DNA of 55,322 bases, filler included, from Bipalium vagum (lineage: Eukaryota): the NCBI GenBank assembly GCA_037834085.1. It is 2 parts of 2 records of this genome, joined end to end, with 100 filler letters (N's around TTAATTAATTAA, not from the genome) between each part and the next. Parts side by side here need not be neighbours in the genome. Positions count along the whole stretch, not along the records: positions 1 to 28,729 come from JBBMKC010046129.1; 1 more part is not named here. The stretch is one strand, 5' to 3'. The translations under genes and the position numbers were made by a program. The notes beneath the pieces were generated by a model that was given only the letters and a program-made list of their open reading frames with translations, searched no databases and was not told where the DNA came from. How positions within the stretch are numbered: the first letter of the stretch is position 1; every line of letters begins with the position of its first letter. Of this stretch, positions 1-13,100 are shown piece by piece.

Positions 1-904
1 CCTTTATTTTCAGGAACGATTAAGGAAAAAAGACCCAAACTGCCTAATTTCTTAACCTACACAATACTTGAGAATATCGAGACACACTACACTATTCATT
101 TTGTCAATCAATATATAAATTAAAGATAAGATTGTTATTTAAATTATCTTTATATAAGTATGATTACATAGACAATATATATAGTATTTCAATTTATAAA
201 ACTGTACTCTTTAAAGCATAAAATATGTAAAATTATTGATATTTATTACATACTCTGGAAAGTATGTAAGGATTTTCATAAACATTTCAATTGAAAAACA
301 TGAAAAATGCAAGTACTTACTACTAACTTGATAATTAAAATGAGGTTCTCAAAAGTTTTAAAGACACGTTAATACCTATAGAAAAACATCCTCCTAAATA
401 AATCAATTAATTCTTTAAAATATTTTTATTTCTCACAGAAAATTATATATATACTGGTGATGTAATATTAACTGACAATTTAACTAATCTTCAAAGAATT
501 GTATCTAATATTAATTAAAGTTTTCACTATTTTTATTATGTAAAACAGTTCATTTTTAAAACGACCTTATTAATATAATGAAAAAATGTGTATCTACTTA
601 ATTGAACTATAATAATATAATAATTTTATAAATGAAATAATAAATATCAATTGTTCATCGATTAATTCATTACCTCTTCCACTGGAAACAAGTGATTTTT
701 ATCAAAATGAGCAGCTTTGGGAATCAATTCCTTATCAGCAAAATCTCTACATGTTTTATAAAGTAGTTTGTGAGTATCTGGCCAATCTGACATGGTAAAA
801 CATCTTTTAATAATTGGCACTGAATTTTTGATGCAAAATTCTAAAAATTAAACTTAAACATATCTTTCACATGAAACAACTTAACTTATTAATCTTGAAT
901 TCAT
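1..904 (-). CDS. ACADS: Short-chain specific acyl-CoA dehydrogenase, mitochondrial (5' part; gene continues off the left edge)
   Basis: Not in the ORF track. Exons 904-886, 840-674 and 56-<1 have GT-AG introns of 45 and 617 nt in compatible phases. They give [62 protein letters not shown]|[19 protein letters not shown], which matches the recalled ACADS N-terminus ([46 protein letters not shown]). The N-terminal ~20 aa are basic and acid-free, like a mitochondrial presequence. The 19-nt first exon is the least certain part. Confidence 0.9.
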
Positions 905-1023
905 TTTATTTCATTAAAGCTAAGGTCAAAATTAGTTTAAAAATTACTTGAAAATGGTTCCGATAAACAAAGTTAAATAAAAAGTTAAAATATTAAATTA
1001 ACATTTTAAAAAAATAATCACCA

Positions 1024-1029
1024 TTTATT
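1024..1029 (-). promoter_or_regulatory. Probable polyadenylation signal (AATAAA) of the L3MBTL-like gene
   Basis: The only minus-strand AATAAA I found between the L3MBTL stop (1157) and the splice acceptor at 920. It lies about 128 nt after the stop and is followed by a T-rich tract. Confidence 0.55.
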
Positions 1030-1156
1030 AGGGAAAATAATGAAAATATCAAAGCTTAAAAATTATTATTTACAAATTCATAGACTATTTCCGATTCATT
1101 CAAAAAATTGAATATTATTATTTTTCGTAAAGATATAATCACAATGTAGAAGAATT

Positions 1157-4100
1157 TCAAGTGAAGTCAGATAATTTGCTTTCTGGAAATAGTTGTCTCA
1201 AATATTGAATGCTAGAGGAAAGTTTGATTGCTGGCCCTAATTTCATTCCCAGTACTTTCATCAAATCCATTTGCTTAAGACACATAAATGCAGCTCCATC
1301 GACTTCCTGAAATAAATTAAAGACCATCAGATTTTATTTTTCACATAGTTTAAAGCAAAAATTTTACATGTTCAATAAACCCATTTGTATATTGATCTGT
1401 TCCGATCAGTGATGATATAAGTTGAGATACTTCATGACAATTCCATTGCAAAATAGACTTTTTTATGTTCATCTTTCTAATGTGATCTGAAATATTTGAA
1501 TATTGATTCTTTTTGGATAAAGTCACTTTCGGTTTTCCTTTCGTTTTACAGTTTTTATTGCTCTGGATTTCTTGAATTATTTGAGTATTTTCATCTTTTA
1601 TGACTTTCAATGGCGGTAATATCTGTTCAACAATATTCCATTCCATTATTCGTCGATAATCATCACTTGGGTGATAGGGTGTTCGATTAGTATATGGTCT
1701 TAAAACTGATGAAGAAACAATTGCAACGGGATTTGGAATCAAGTTTTTCGGTGGATGATATTGGAAAAAAAATTTCTGGTCTTCTCTAAACAGATCAAAG
1801 TTTTCATCGTGATCTTTGATTTCTTGGAGTGAAAGAGATGGTGGAAAATCATACAATTTTGTGCGATTAAAATCACACGGAGAATTATTAAAAATTTGAG
1901 ACTCTTCAGATCTGAAATAAAAGTAAATGCCTGTTACATTAATAATATTGGTTTAAATAATACCGCGATAAAATTATTTAACATTTTTTTATAATGTCAA
2001 AAAATAAGATCTTTGTTATAATTATTTCGTTATTTATAAAATTTTTCTTTTTTTCTATATGAGGTGAATAATTTTAGTGTATCTTAATTTGATACTTTAA
2101 AAATAAGGTTTTAGTGAATTTTTGAGATTTTTCATTGTTCATCAATTGATAAGTTCATGTAATATTGATTGTCCTATAAAATTGCAAAATATTAAGATTT
2201 TAATTTTTAAAATTATTTTAATCTTTGAACATATTGTGCATAAGATGAAATGAGAGATATTTTTACTGAAAATATGAAAATTTAATTTTGTGAATGGTAT
2301 ATATTTAAGAAATGAAGAATTTTTTTGAAATAAATAATTTTTTGAAAAACCAAATATTTAATTTTATGATTAACTGATTATTGATATTTTCATTAATACT
2401 ATTTATAATAATGTTTGTTAAAAATGATTAAAATATTATTTTAATTATATTTGATATTATTACTATTTGATTATAATAAATATTTATTAAAAATTATTAT
2501 TATATCATTAAAAAGGATTTATATCAAGGTTCCATGTAATTTGTGAAATCGTTTTGAAAATAAATTTTAGATTAAATTAAGTAGTTTAAAACTTTTGAAA
2601 ATATATCGGTAGAGAAATTCTTAATGTCTCAATGTTTATGAACTTTGTAGAAGATTTTCCATTTAAAATAGAATTAAAAGTTTCGGAAAATTGTGTCAAT
2701 TGATTCATAACTTTCAAATATTAATTTGAAGTCCTTAAATTATTTTATTTATTTTTAAAACAAGAAAAAAAATACTTAATCCTAATGATAAATATTTGAT
2801 ATATTATTCTGAAATAGTAGAAAGAAAAGTTTCAAAATCTTTTGTTAGATAAAATTAATAAATTTAAAAAATAATCAATTAATAAAATAACTTTACCGAA
2901 ATATAAGGTGTTACAACAATACTGACGTTTTAATTTATTAATAAGAGATTATTTCTGAAAAGGCATCTGGTTATATTTTTAGATCATTTACGAACGTGAG
3001 TGTATCAAATTTGAAGTTTTTCTATTTATTCAGTCAAAATAGTTATATTAAAGTGAGAATTATCAAAAGAAAAATTATTTATACTGTTTCTTGCTTCAAA
3101 ATTGGAAAAGATCAATAGAGATTTTTTAAATTTTCTGTTGAAAATGGATTTTGATAAAATCTGATTCAAGGTAAAGTCAGTGATTGTGAAAGAACAATTT
3201 CGTCGTTCTAATTCATCCACAAGATAAAAGACTAATTTTGATAACATGATACAAGAATATGGTTCTTTTCGGGGTTCAGAATGGAACAATTTTCGTTGGT
3301 TTACTGGAAAAAAAATTTTTCACCAATAAAAGATTTATTGGAAACATTAATCAATTCTAATATAGTATAAAAATTTTAAAAAATAATTAAAAGGTCACAT
3401 AATTGCTATATATAATTGTAATACAGCGATCATTTCACGTTTTCATTAGTCCCTCTGGACACAGTTGATTCACAGTCAAGGTGTATCAGAGTTAGATAGC
3501 TTTGTCATAAATAAAGACCTCTACATGACCAAACATATAATTTTGATGATATAACCAAATTATTGTGAAGTTACTGATCACTTATTGGAAAAAATTCGAA
3601 GCAAGAGTAAATATTAATTATCGATTAATGTTAATCATTAATATTTAGTTATATTATTAAATCCAAAAAATAAATTACACAAGTGACAATTATAAATGAA
3701 AAGGCTCTAATTTTCAAAATGAAAGACAATCATAAATTAATCAAAATAATTTTTTTTAGACATTTCAGGGTTAAACGTATCATAGATTGATTAAAATTTC
3801 ATAACGTCGTCGATTATCATAACAGATCCACTTCTCATCACTCATTACGTTAGTGTAGGAAAATATTCTCGGTGATGACTTCATAGGTAGAATTACTTCT
3901 CAGTTCTGTCAATTCTTGTAGTTCCTAATCCTTTAGAATTTGATCTAAATTGCTATTTCTAGAAAGTTATTTCTCCAACCGTCATAAAATTCTTCTCCAC
4001 TGAATCTGCTTGACTTTTCTTTTTAAAGGAACATATCCAAATTGAATTGGATTTTCACCATCATTCATCTTCCAGATTTGTATTTTTATAGATTAATTTT

Positions 4101-7100
4101 TCGAAAAATCTCAAATTTTTGTGTTTTCCTATTTAAGATCGATATTACCACTGCTTCTTGATATCTGCATTATCTGTCTTGTCACTTCTGTAATATAAAC
4201 CTAGAATTGATTTTCACTTGTTTTGACAAAATTTTTAAAGTGGTTTCACAATCGAAAGATAAAAAAGTGGAACACAGGATTTAAAAATTTTTATAAGAAT
4301 GTAAGCTTAACTGATAAGAAATCGATCTCAACACAATGCAAACGGTCCTCAGTTTTATACCAATAGCAAAAATACAAATATTGTCATCATTAAATAAAGT
4401 AGAGTATAAGAAGAAAATTTGAAAAAAATCAAGTCTTACATTTCATTTTGCTCCATGGTTAAACTTGGAACAATGTCTATCGGAGCAGGAATTTTATATT
4501 CTTTCATTGAAAGATCCATCGGTTCAACATCATTTGTAGGAATTTCTATTTCCAACTGCTTCTGTACGGGAACAGTGGGCTCTAACTTTACGTTCTCGGT
4601 TGGCACTTCTTCAACTTTAGCAATATTATGCAAAATTCCGTCAACGTTATCAATGGACTGGATAACGGAGATTGGAATGCGGTCTGTCGATTTGAAGTCT
4701 TTATGCAAATTGCATTCAGCATACGGACAGCCCGATATCCTGTTTGCAACCATCTCATCGAAATTCACAAATCACAAAAAAAACCTTTGGTGATTCGAAT
4801 ATCTTGGCCCCTTAACGTGTCCGTATCCTTTGCAACCATAAATTGGGCACACACTCGATTCTATTGAAGCATCAACTGAAATGTTTTATTACGTCGATTA
4901 CTTTATTGACTTTATTTTATTGAAATAAGAATCAATTTTAATTGATTATTTTAAAACTTTTACGGGTAATTTTAAAAAGCTTAGTTATAATTTTAAATCT
5001 TTTTATGATCATTGTAAATAATTTATTGATATTTTTAAAGTATATTATCCTTTTATTTCGGCAATCATAAATACAGGAAAACAGCTTTAAATCGTAAAAA
5101 ATCCCCCAAAGCACTCCTAAGAAAAAAGTAATTGGAAGGACTTTTTTATGTACTTTACGAGCTGATAAGGACGTGATCCATCATAAACTGTTAAGATCTG
5201 ATCAAACGGTTAGATTGAATATGCTTGCAACAAAGAAATCAGTCTTAGCCAAGTATTATGGTAAAAATAGAGGTTATGTGTATCTTTTCTTTAGCGTTCG
5301 CCAAATGAGATTTCAATAACCGCAAATTATGATTTATTTATTTTTTCAAATTGAGATTATTCCCTTACCAATTTTGACTATATTAAATTGATCTATAAAT
5401 CAAAGTAATAAAGTAATTTAAATTATGAATTAATAAACTTAACTTTAAATTAAATTTAAAATAGAGAAAAGTAAAAAATATACGAGAATAACACTTACAA
5501 GTTGGAGGTGGTTGTAAAACGCATCCTGTCTTTGCACACCAGCCTACCGGAAGGATATTAACCCAAGAGCTTCCGAGATCAATTTTATAATTGTATTTTT
5601 CCGACCAATCATCGAAACCGATTGTAACTTGAAATTCTTCATTTAATTTGGCAATGTGACCCACTCTTATCAATTGGGGACATCTCTTATCAATGACTTC
5701 ACATCTCATCCCGACTTCAAGGTCGAACCACCACTGATTTCTCTGATTAACAAAAAATTTCAATTTTTATCACTATTATTTTTAAAAATTGATTTTTCTA
5801 AAATACAAATTAAATCAATAATTGAAAACTAAGATTGATTAAGATGATGGTTTTCCACTGAAAGAAAGGTGTACGCTCCTTTATAGTTCAGCAAAAGTCA
5901 ATTACTTCAAATTCAATACATTAATAAAAAAGGATTGTTGTAAAGAACCCTAAAAAATCAATTAACTTTGAGAAATTCTTGACAACCGCTAAGAAATTCG
6001 ATTAAAATAGTCAAATGTTGAAAAAAATGATATGTAATTCCAATAACAAAAGTCTATCAGAAAAGCTCATCACATCAGAATGACGGACTCTGTGCTGGTG
6101 CTAATGAACTGAAGAAAAAAACTGATATGATCTGATTATCGATTTAATGATTCATTTTGAAAATTTCAAAATGTCAACGAAGGATCGATTCCGATTGATC
6201 CGTTGAATAATGTTTATCAAAAATGAAAATTGAAATTCAAAGAGAACACGTAATGCTCTCAAAATCAAATAGAAAGTGTTATTAGAAACTAATCACACAA
6301 AACAATACATTTTTGATATTCAGTAAAAATTTAGACCCATTTTAGTGCGGGCTTCTTCCCTGTCATAATTGATATTTATTGATGTCGATTTTCTAAAAAT
6401 CTCTTTCAGACATTTTTTCATCAATTATGATACCTTATTTAATATCTAAACCTAGTTCAATTTATTTCCGTTACTACTCATTCTTCCGTAAAGGTAACTT
6501 TTTTCGAATGACAATCAATCTTGTCTTTTGAAACTGTAGTCACATTTTTATGACATCTTCGGAATCAAAACTTTAATGAGATATTATACCCTTATAGATG
6601 ACCGAAAAATGAAAATTAGACTTTGCCTTTAGCTGTTTTCGTTGCTGCATCAAATACAATGAAAAATTCCAATGAGAAATTGACATCATAGATTATGTTA
6701 TATTCGTAGAATGAGGTCATAATACATTAAAAGGGTGTAAGATAATCCGGTGACATTTTAAATGTTTTACCTTTATATATTGCTCTAAGTTTGAAACGTG
6801 AGTCACAACGATTATTTTTTATTGATTTTTTTTCAGGAAAAACCATTTAGATTTTGTTTTCGCTTTGATGATCCTGTCGCATGTTTTCAAAGTCTTAACA
6901 GTCTTCTTTAGGCTTCAACCAGTCATTACCAATTGGTCTTAGATTTGAAATTCCACCGATTTTATATTTTATAAGGTTTATCCAGTTAATTCCATTATAT
7001 AATGAAAAATATTGATACCTTCGATAAAATTATTTGCTTTAGAATATTTTGGTGAGACAGTAAAATTTAATAGAAGAATTTTAAAATTAAGTTTTAATAA

Positions 7101-10100
7101 TTAATATTGGTAGCACAATTTTAAGACTTTAAATCAAAAATTCTGATCAATATCCTGTAATGATTATTTTATAGCACATTTTCATTATAAGAAAAATTTA
7201 AATAAGATGGTGTAAATAATAATAATGGTTATATTTACAAGAGTTTTAATAATATTACCTCTTTGAAAATTGAATTAGGCACTGATTCAGAGTTTGTAAG
7301 TTGGAGATAACTTTCCCAGCTGAATGAGCTGAGATCGTGTCCATAGGCTAAAAAGTAAGTGAGAAAGAAAACATTTCTGCTGAATTTATTATTTAAATAA
7401 AATTACCTGAAGGGATTGATAAAACTTTCTCATTATCCTCACAATACCCAATAGGCAATAATAATGGTGAACAGCAATGGGCCCACATATCATATGAAGA
7501 ATCCCAGCCATCGAAATGTACCAAAACATGATCACCAATTATATCTTTTATCGTTGCCACACAAATCATTCCAGAATTTCTTTTATCTACAGCTTCTAAC
7601 TTTAAACCGATTTTAAAGGTATTTTTTGCAGACACCTTTATTAATTAATAGACAAAAAAATTATTACTTTTGTAAAATAAAAAAAACAAACTGCATTTTT
7701 AATAATAAAGAAAGAATCTTCATGTGCTGCTTCTGATTTGGTTTTTGCTAAATAAGTCGACCAGGCGAATGTAGAATAATTGTAATCTGAATATGAACAT
7801 GACAATGTCCTTTGGTTCTTATTTAATCCATGAATATATATTATTAACAATATTTCCACAAACATTTAAATATTTATTTTATTTTACTTGTTTTTGATTT
7901 AATTTTTTATTTTATAACTATTACAATTTTATTATTATTGTACTTTTTATTACTGTTAACATAACATTGTTATTAAATATTTTATTATTATTTATTAATA
8001 TATTATAATTTCTGATGATCCAAATATTTAATTATTAAATTTAATGTTCTTAAAATTTTTTCTTAATATTATCATTTTTATAATCATTAATATTATAATT
8101 ATTGTGCAATAATATAAAAGTAAGTTGTCAAGGATGATAAATTAAAAAATATAAATTTACGGCTATTATCATTAAATAATATAATCAAAACCGAAATAAT
8201 ATTAACCAAAACTTAATTGATATGTTAAATGAGATAATTAAAATTGATTCATTGATTTTTTTCTAACTTAAATCAAAAATATTAACAATGAAATATAATC
8301 TAAAAAAATTAAGGGAGTGATAATCTTATTAAAATGAAACAGATTTATTGTTAAAAGCAAAGTTTGGAAATACATTAAAGAAAATTTAAAATAAAATCGT
8401 TTATAAAAATTATCAGATTCCTTTATTCTTGGTACGGGGAAGGAAGGAAATCATTAATAACATTTTGAATGAGACTAATTGCTATCCTTCTTAACGATAA
8501 AGAAATTTTGTTATTTTTAATTAATTTGTAATAATAATAATAATAATAATTTTTTTAATTTTTATTTTGTTCTTAATCAGACTGCTGTGTCCTAAATTAA
8601 TTGAATGTTATTTTTATAATATCATTCAATAATTAGATAGAGAAATAAATCTGATAAATTGAAAAAATAATGATTATAATTAAGAAATAGAGTATTAGAT
8701 TATGAAACTGAAAAATAACACTATAAAACAATTAAATCGATCAGTTTATTTTTCTGATTATAATTTATAAGTAGATTGATCTCTGATAAATTTTACTCAA
8801 TGAGATCGATTTACCTTTCGGTGGTTGGAGTTTTCGATTGTTTTTTTCACACCAACCAGCAGGGAAAATTAATTGCGAATCTGCCATTGTCCAAAAATCG
8901 AACTGATCCTGGTATCCATCGAAATGAAGCCGTAAACGATATCCGGAAATTTCAACGATCGTAAAAACGCAAAAAAGACTCTCATTGTTTGGATCAATAC
9001 CCTCAAGTTTTTGATTCACTTTGAAATTATGTTTTAATTCACTTTCCATCTGGGAAAAGAAAGAAAGCAGTGTAAGAATTATTTTATGATCAATAACAAC
9101 CAATAGTAAAACTGAAAAACAATTTAAAATTAATGATAAGTATCGATTAGTTTCCAAAGGTTTTTATTTCATCGACTGCGATTTCTAAGGAAAATAATTA
9201 ATTTTCTGAATATCCAACAAAATAAATAATGGATCTTTATTTTATTTCCAAAAAATTTTATATCGACTTTAAAATATTTATTCTTTTTCTACCATTATCT
9301 GTCTAAATTTCAAAATGTTCTTACAACGCTTTTTCTGGATGTACCAACTTGATTTCTGATTCTTTTTGGGAAGGCATTAAATATTATCAATGACATATTG
9401 TACGTAGAGTTCATCGGTAATGGAAAAAATTTGATTTCTTTTAAGGTTACACTTACAAAAACCAAAATTTTCGATATTTTCCAATTGAAAAATTAATATA
9501 TCTGATTCATATACCTATTTAATTGATTAATACTAAATTAAAATTTTTAAAACATTGAAAATCGTGATGAGAAAAATGTATCATGTGTAATAGCAAAAAA
9601 ACCTTTGGTATTAAAGTATTTTATGTATAAATAAAGAAGAAAAATATTCTGGAAGTTAAAAATACTATATTTATTGAAAAAAAATAATTACGATAAAAGT
9701 AAAAAATAAGAATATAAAAGATTAAAAATTAAAATTAAGAAATCATTAAATTTTTTCAAAGAAAATTACCTTTTACTTTATTATTTTAAAAATTGTGATC
9801 TAATCTTAAATAGAAAAATAAAGATCAATAACAATATGAAAATCATTGTAAATTTCAAAGCTAGAAAAATATATATACACATAAATTTCAATTTTAATGA
9901 ATTTTTTTTATTATTTTTATATTTGACTAACAAATTTTGCAGCCCTGAGCTAAATTAATTTTCTTTATTATTTACCACTAGTTTTGGTCATTATTCTTAA
10001 TGTAATTACAACAATTTATTTAATTGGCCACTTTAATTTGTTTTAAAATGTATTTCCATTTTAATTATTTATCATCACCGTTCTTGGTGTAATATCCGTA

Positions 10101-13100
10101 TTGTTTAAATGAAAAAATTAATTAATATTCAAAAACATTTTCATGTCATTAAAATGGTGAAAGAATTTCTCATAACGTTATTGATTTGATTAAATTTGAA
10201 TAAGATTTCGTTTCTTTTTAAAAACAATTCTTCTTTCTTCCATGCGACCATAACTCGAAGACCAATATTCACTTCGGTTGTCTTAACAATTTTTTATTTA
10301 TTTATTTTTATTAAGCGAAAAGTTTTATTCTTTAAAAAAATTTTAATTCAGAAAATGACAACGAAACAGATTTTTTTATAACTACAAATTAAAATCGATT
10401 TCTTTAAAAATTTCCATCATAACATTTATTTAATAAATATATCGAAATGACAACAACCTATGAATAAATCATTAAAATAAAAACGTCTTTATACTTTTTA
10501 TCGCAAACCAAAAACTCAATCACTCAACTCATTTATTTAATGATTCAATAATTAATAATCAATAGTGACCGTGTTAAAACAAACAATTTTGAAATTGTAT
10601 TGATTAATTTTTTTATTTTATCCTTAACGAGAATATAATTCAATGGTTAATTACTCGTTCAATTGATATTTCATGTCACAAAAATCAATAGTGAGTTTCC
10701 AAATCAATATTTTTACAATATTTGTATCGATTTGACTAGCGGAGCATAGAAATAACGAGATTCAAACTTACATCAGTGCCACAGAATCGTATCCCAATAT
10801 TATCGAATAGCTTCGTGGGAACACTCTTTCCATTGATCGATTTCAGATATTCTGTCCAATCAAAATTCGTCGTTTTCGATTCTGGAGAAAAAATTATTAT
10901 AAAAATACATCATTTTTATCTTCACATTTATTTTGATTTATCAATTTTAAAAATGATCATCTCTGCCGTTCTGTCATTTGTTTGTGGAAGTCATCACTGA
11001 ATTTATATATCAGAACAATTGTGACTGTTTCAATTTATTAGAAATTTTATAGGAAAACAGTCAGAAATATTTTATTTATTTGATAATGAAATTTTGTATT
11101 AGAAACCAATCAATAATTTTATGACCTCTAATCATAAGATGAAGAACAAAAAACGGGGCGAGAAGTTTATCTTTCACAAATTGATTGATAATCACAATCA
11201 AGAAGTAATTCAAAAAATGGAAATTATTGATTTTATCAATATATTACAATATACAATCAATCGATTGTGTAATCGGAATCAGTGACATATTGAACAATGA
11301 TTTTGATCATTTTAGATTTCATTTCGGATTTTACTGTTCTTTTCTCAACAAAGCTCTTTTTGTTTCTAAATTAATGAAAAGCATCAGTCTACATTTATCA
11401 CTGTGTTTGCATATTTAAATTTTATTGTGTACTGCACAAATAAAGTCTGAAAAATCCATCTCACCATAAATAGCTCAGACTTTTGGACAAATCTTATTTC
11501 GAATAATGAAAATTTCGATCAGTGTTCAAAATGCATTTAATGTGTGGAAGATCTTTTATTATTTGATAATAAAATTATTCTTTTATTTTTCAAATGAAAA
11601 TAAATTTAGAACGTTCCAAAATTCTATCTTAAACATGAACGACATTATAGAGTAATAAAAATAGAAATGATCATTCTGAAAATGAGAATAAGAATAATTA
11701 AAAAATAAAAAGTTGATACTAAAATAATAATCATAATAATTATATCGTAAGAATTATTGATTTTTAAAAAATAATTCTGCTTCTTATCGTTTTTTATTTT
11801 CTATAAAGAAATGGAAAAAAAATACATTTGAAGAAATACATTTGAAAATACAATGAACACGTTTAACACTCGTTAGATCTAACTTTATCTAATTCCAATA
11901 AGACTGTGTCAAATGGAGATGTATAGAATAAAAATTAGCCTTAAAAGACATTCCTTTTGTAAAGCTAATGAAAGAAAGTTATTGCAGAACAATTTTGATA
12001 TAACTCTTGTCTAATTCCATATCAATTACGGTATTAATATTTTATTCATTTGTAATTCCTGAATTAAATACATTGTTTCAATTGTGTAATTTTCAAAATA
12101 AAATTATTAATTAATTAATTGTCATAACAGATTAATTATACTTTATATATTTTATTTTGAAATTATTAATTATTAATAGATATTTAATCTCAATACAAAA
12201 ACATTATCACAAATATAATAAGTGGTGATAAATGAAATATTTTAATTATAAAATTGTGATAATATTTTTTATAAAAATAAAAACATTTTTAAAAATATTA
12301 ATTTATTGTGAAAATCAATCACTTTTAAGTTTTGTAAAAATAAAAACGATGTTACATATTTTCCTTACATGGTCTAATCCATTATCATTTTTTCATAAAT
12401 CTATATAAGCTATAGTCCAATAATAAACTTCAACCTAATTCAAAAATCTGTTTATTAATGATTAAATGAATTTAATTGATACTCAGAAAACTGGGACAAA
12501 ATTTCTTCAATTTAATAAAAGGTCTCTGTTATATGAGAGATTAAGAGAAATATATTCAAAATGATTAATTTAATGTAATATTGATCGAAAAAACAGTTTA
12601 TGGAAATCACGGAACATACATTACACTTAATTGATTGCTCTAAATAAATTAAATAAGTTTTTCAGGAAGACATCAAAAATAAGTCGAAATTATTATACGT
12701 TTTAATCAATATATTTTGAATTAAATATTAAAAAACGAATTGTCTCAAACATTTTTATCGAGTAGATTTTTATATTCCATCCACAACTCCAAAAAACCTC
12801 ACACTCTCTCCTCATCCACTTAAGGATTCAATTTCTCTTGACCACAAAACATTTCTTTACATCTCCCAAAAAAGAATCAAAATATAATTATCAAATACCA
12901 ATGTGGCTATTGTCGCTCACATCACAATCAACAAAAATAAGCTATGATCATCAATGTCAATTTTTCCATATTATTACCCAAAAGAGCACTGAAATGTGAC
13001 TCAGATTTTATTGAAAATGATAAAGAAAGAAATCGTACAAGAAGGTAATAAATATTTCTAATAATGAGAATATCTGCTTCTTCTTTGGTATTGTCGAATA

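Noticed and set aside
3026-3289. 87-aa minus-strand ORF inside an L3MBTL intron
   Set aside because: The flanking exons (4440 and 1911) join directly in phase 2. Using this segment in that phase hits a stop, and it has no motif.
4419-4867. Plus-strand ORFs 4419-4793 and 4628-4867 (similarly 8776-8964, 10776-11000 and those at 39042-40162)
   Set aside because: Antisense shadows of real minus-strand exons.
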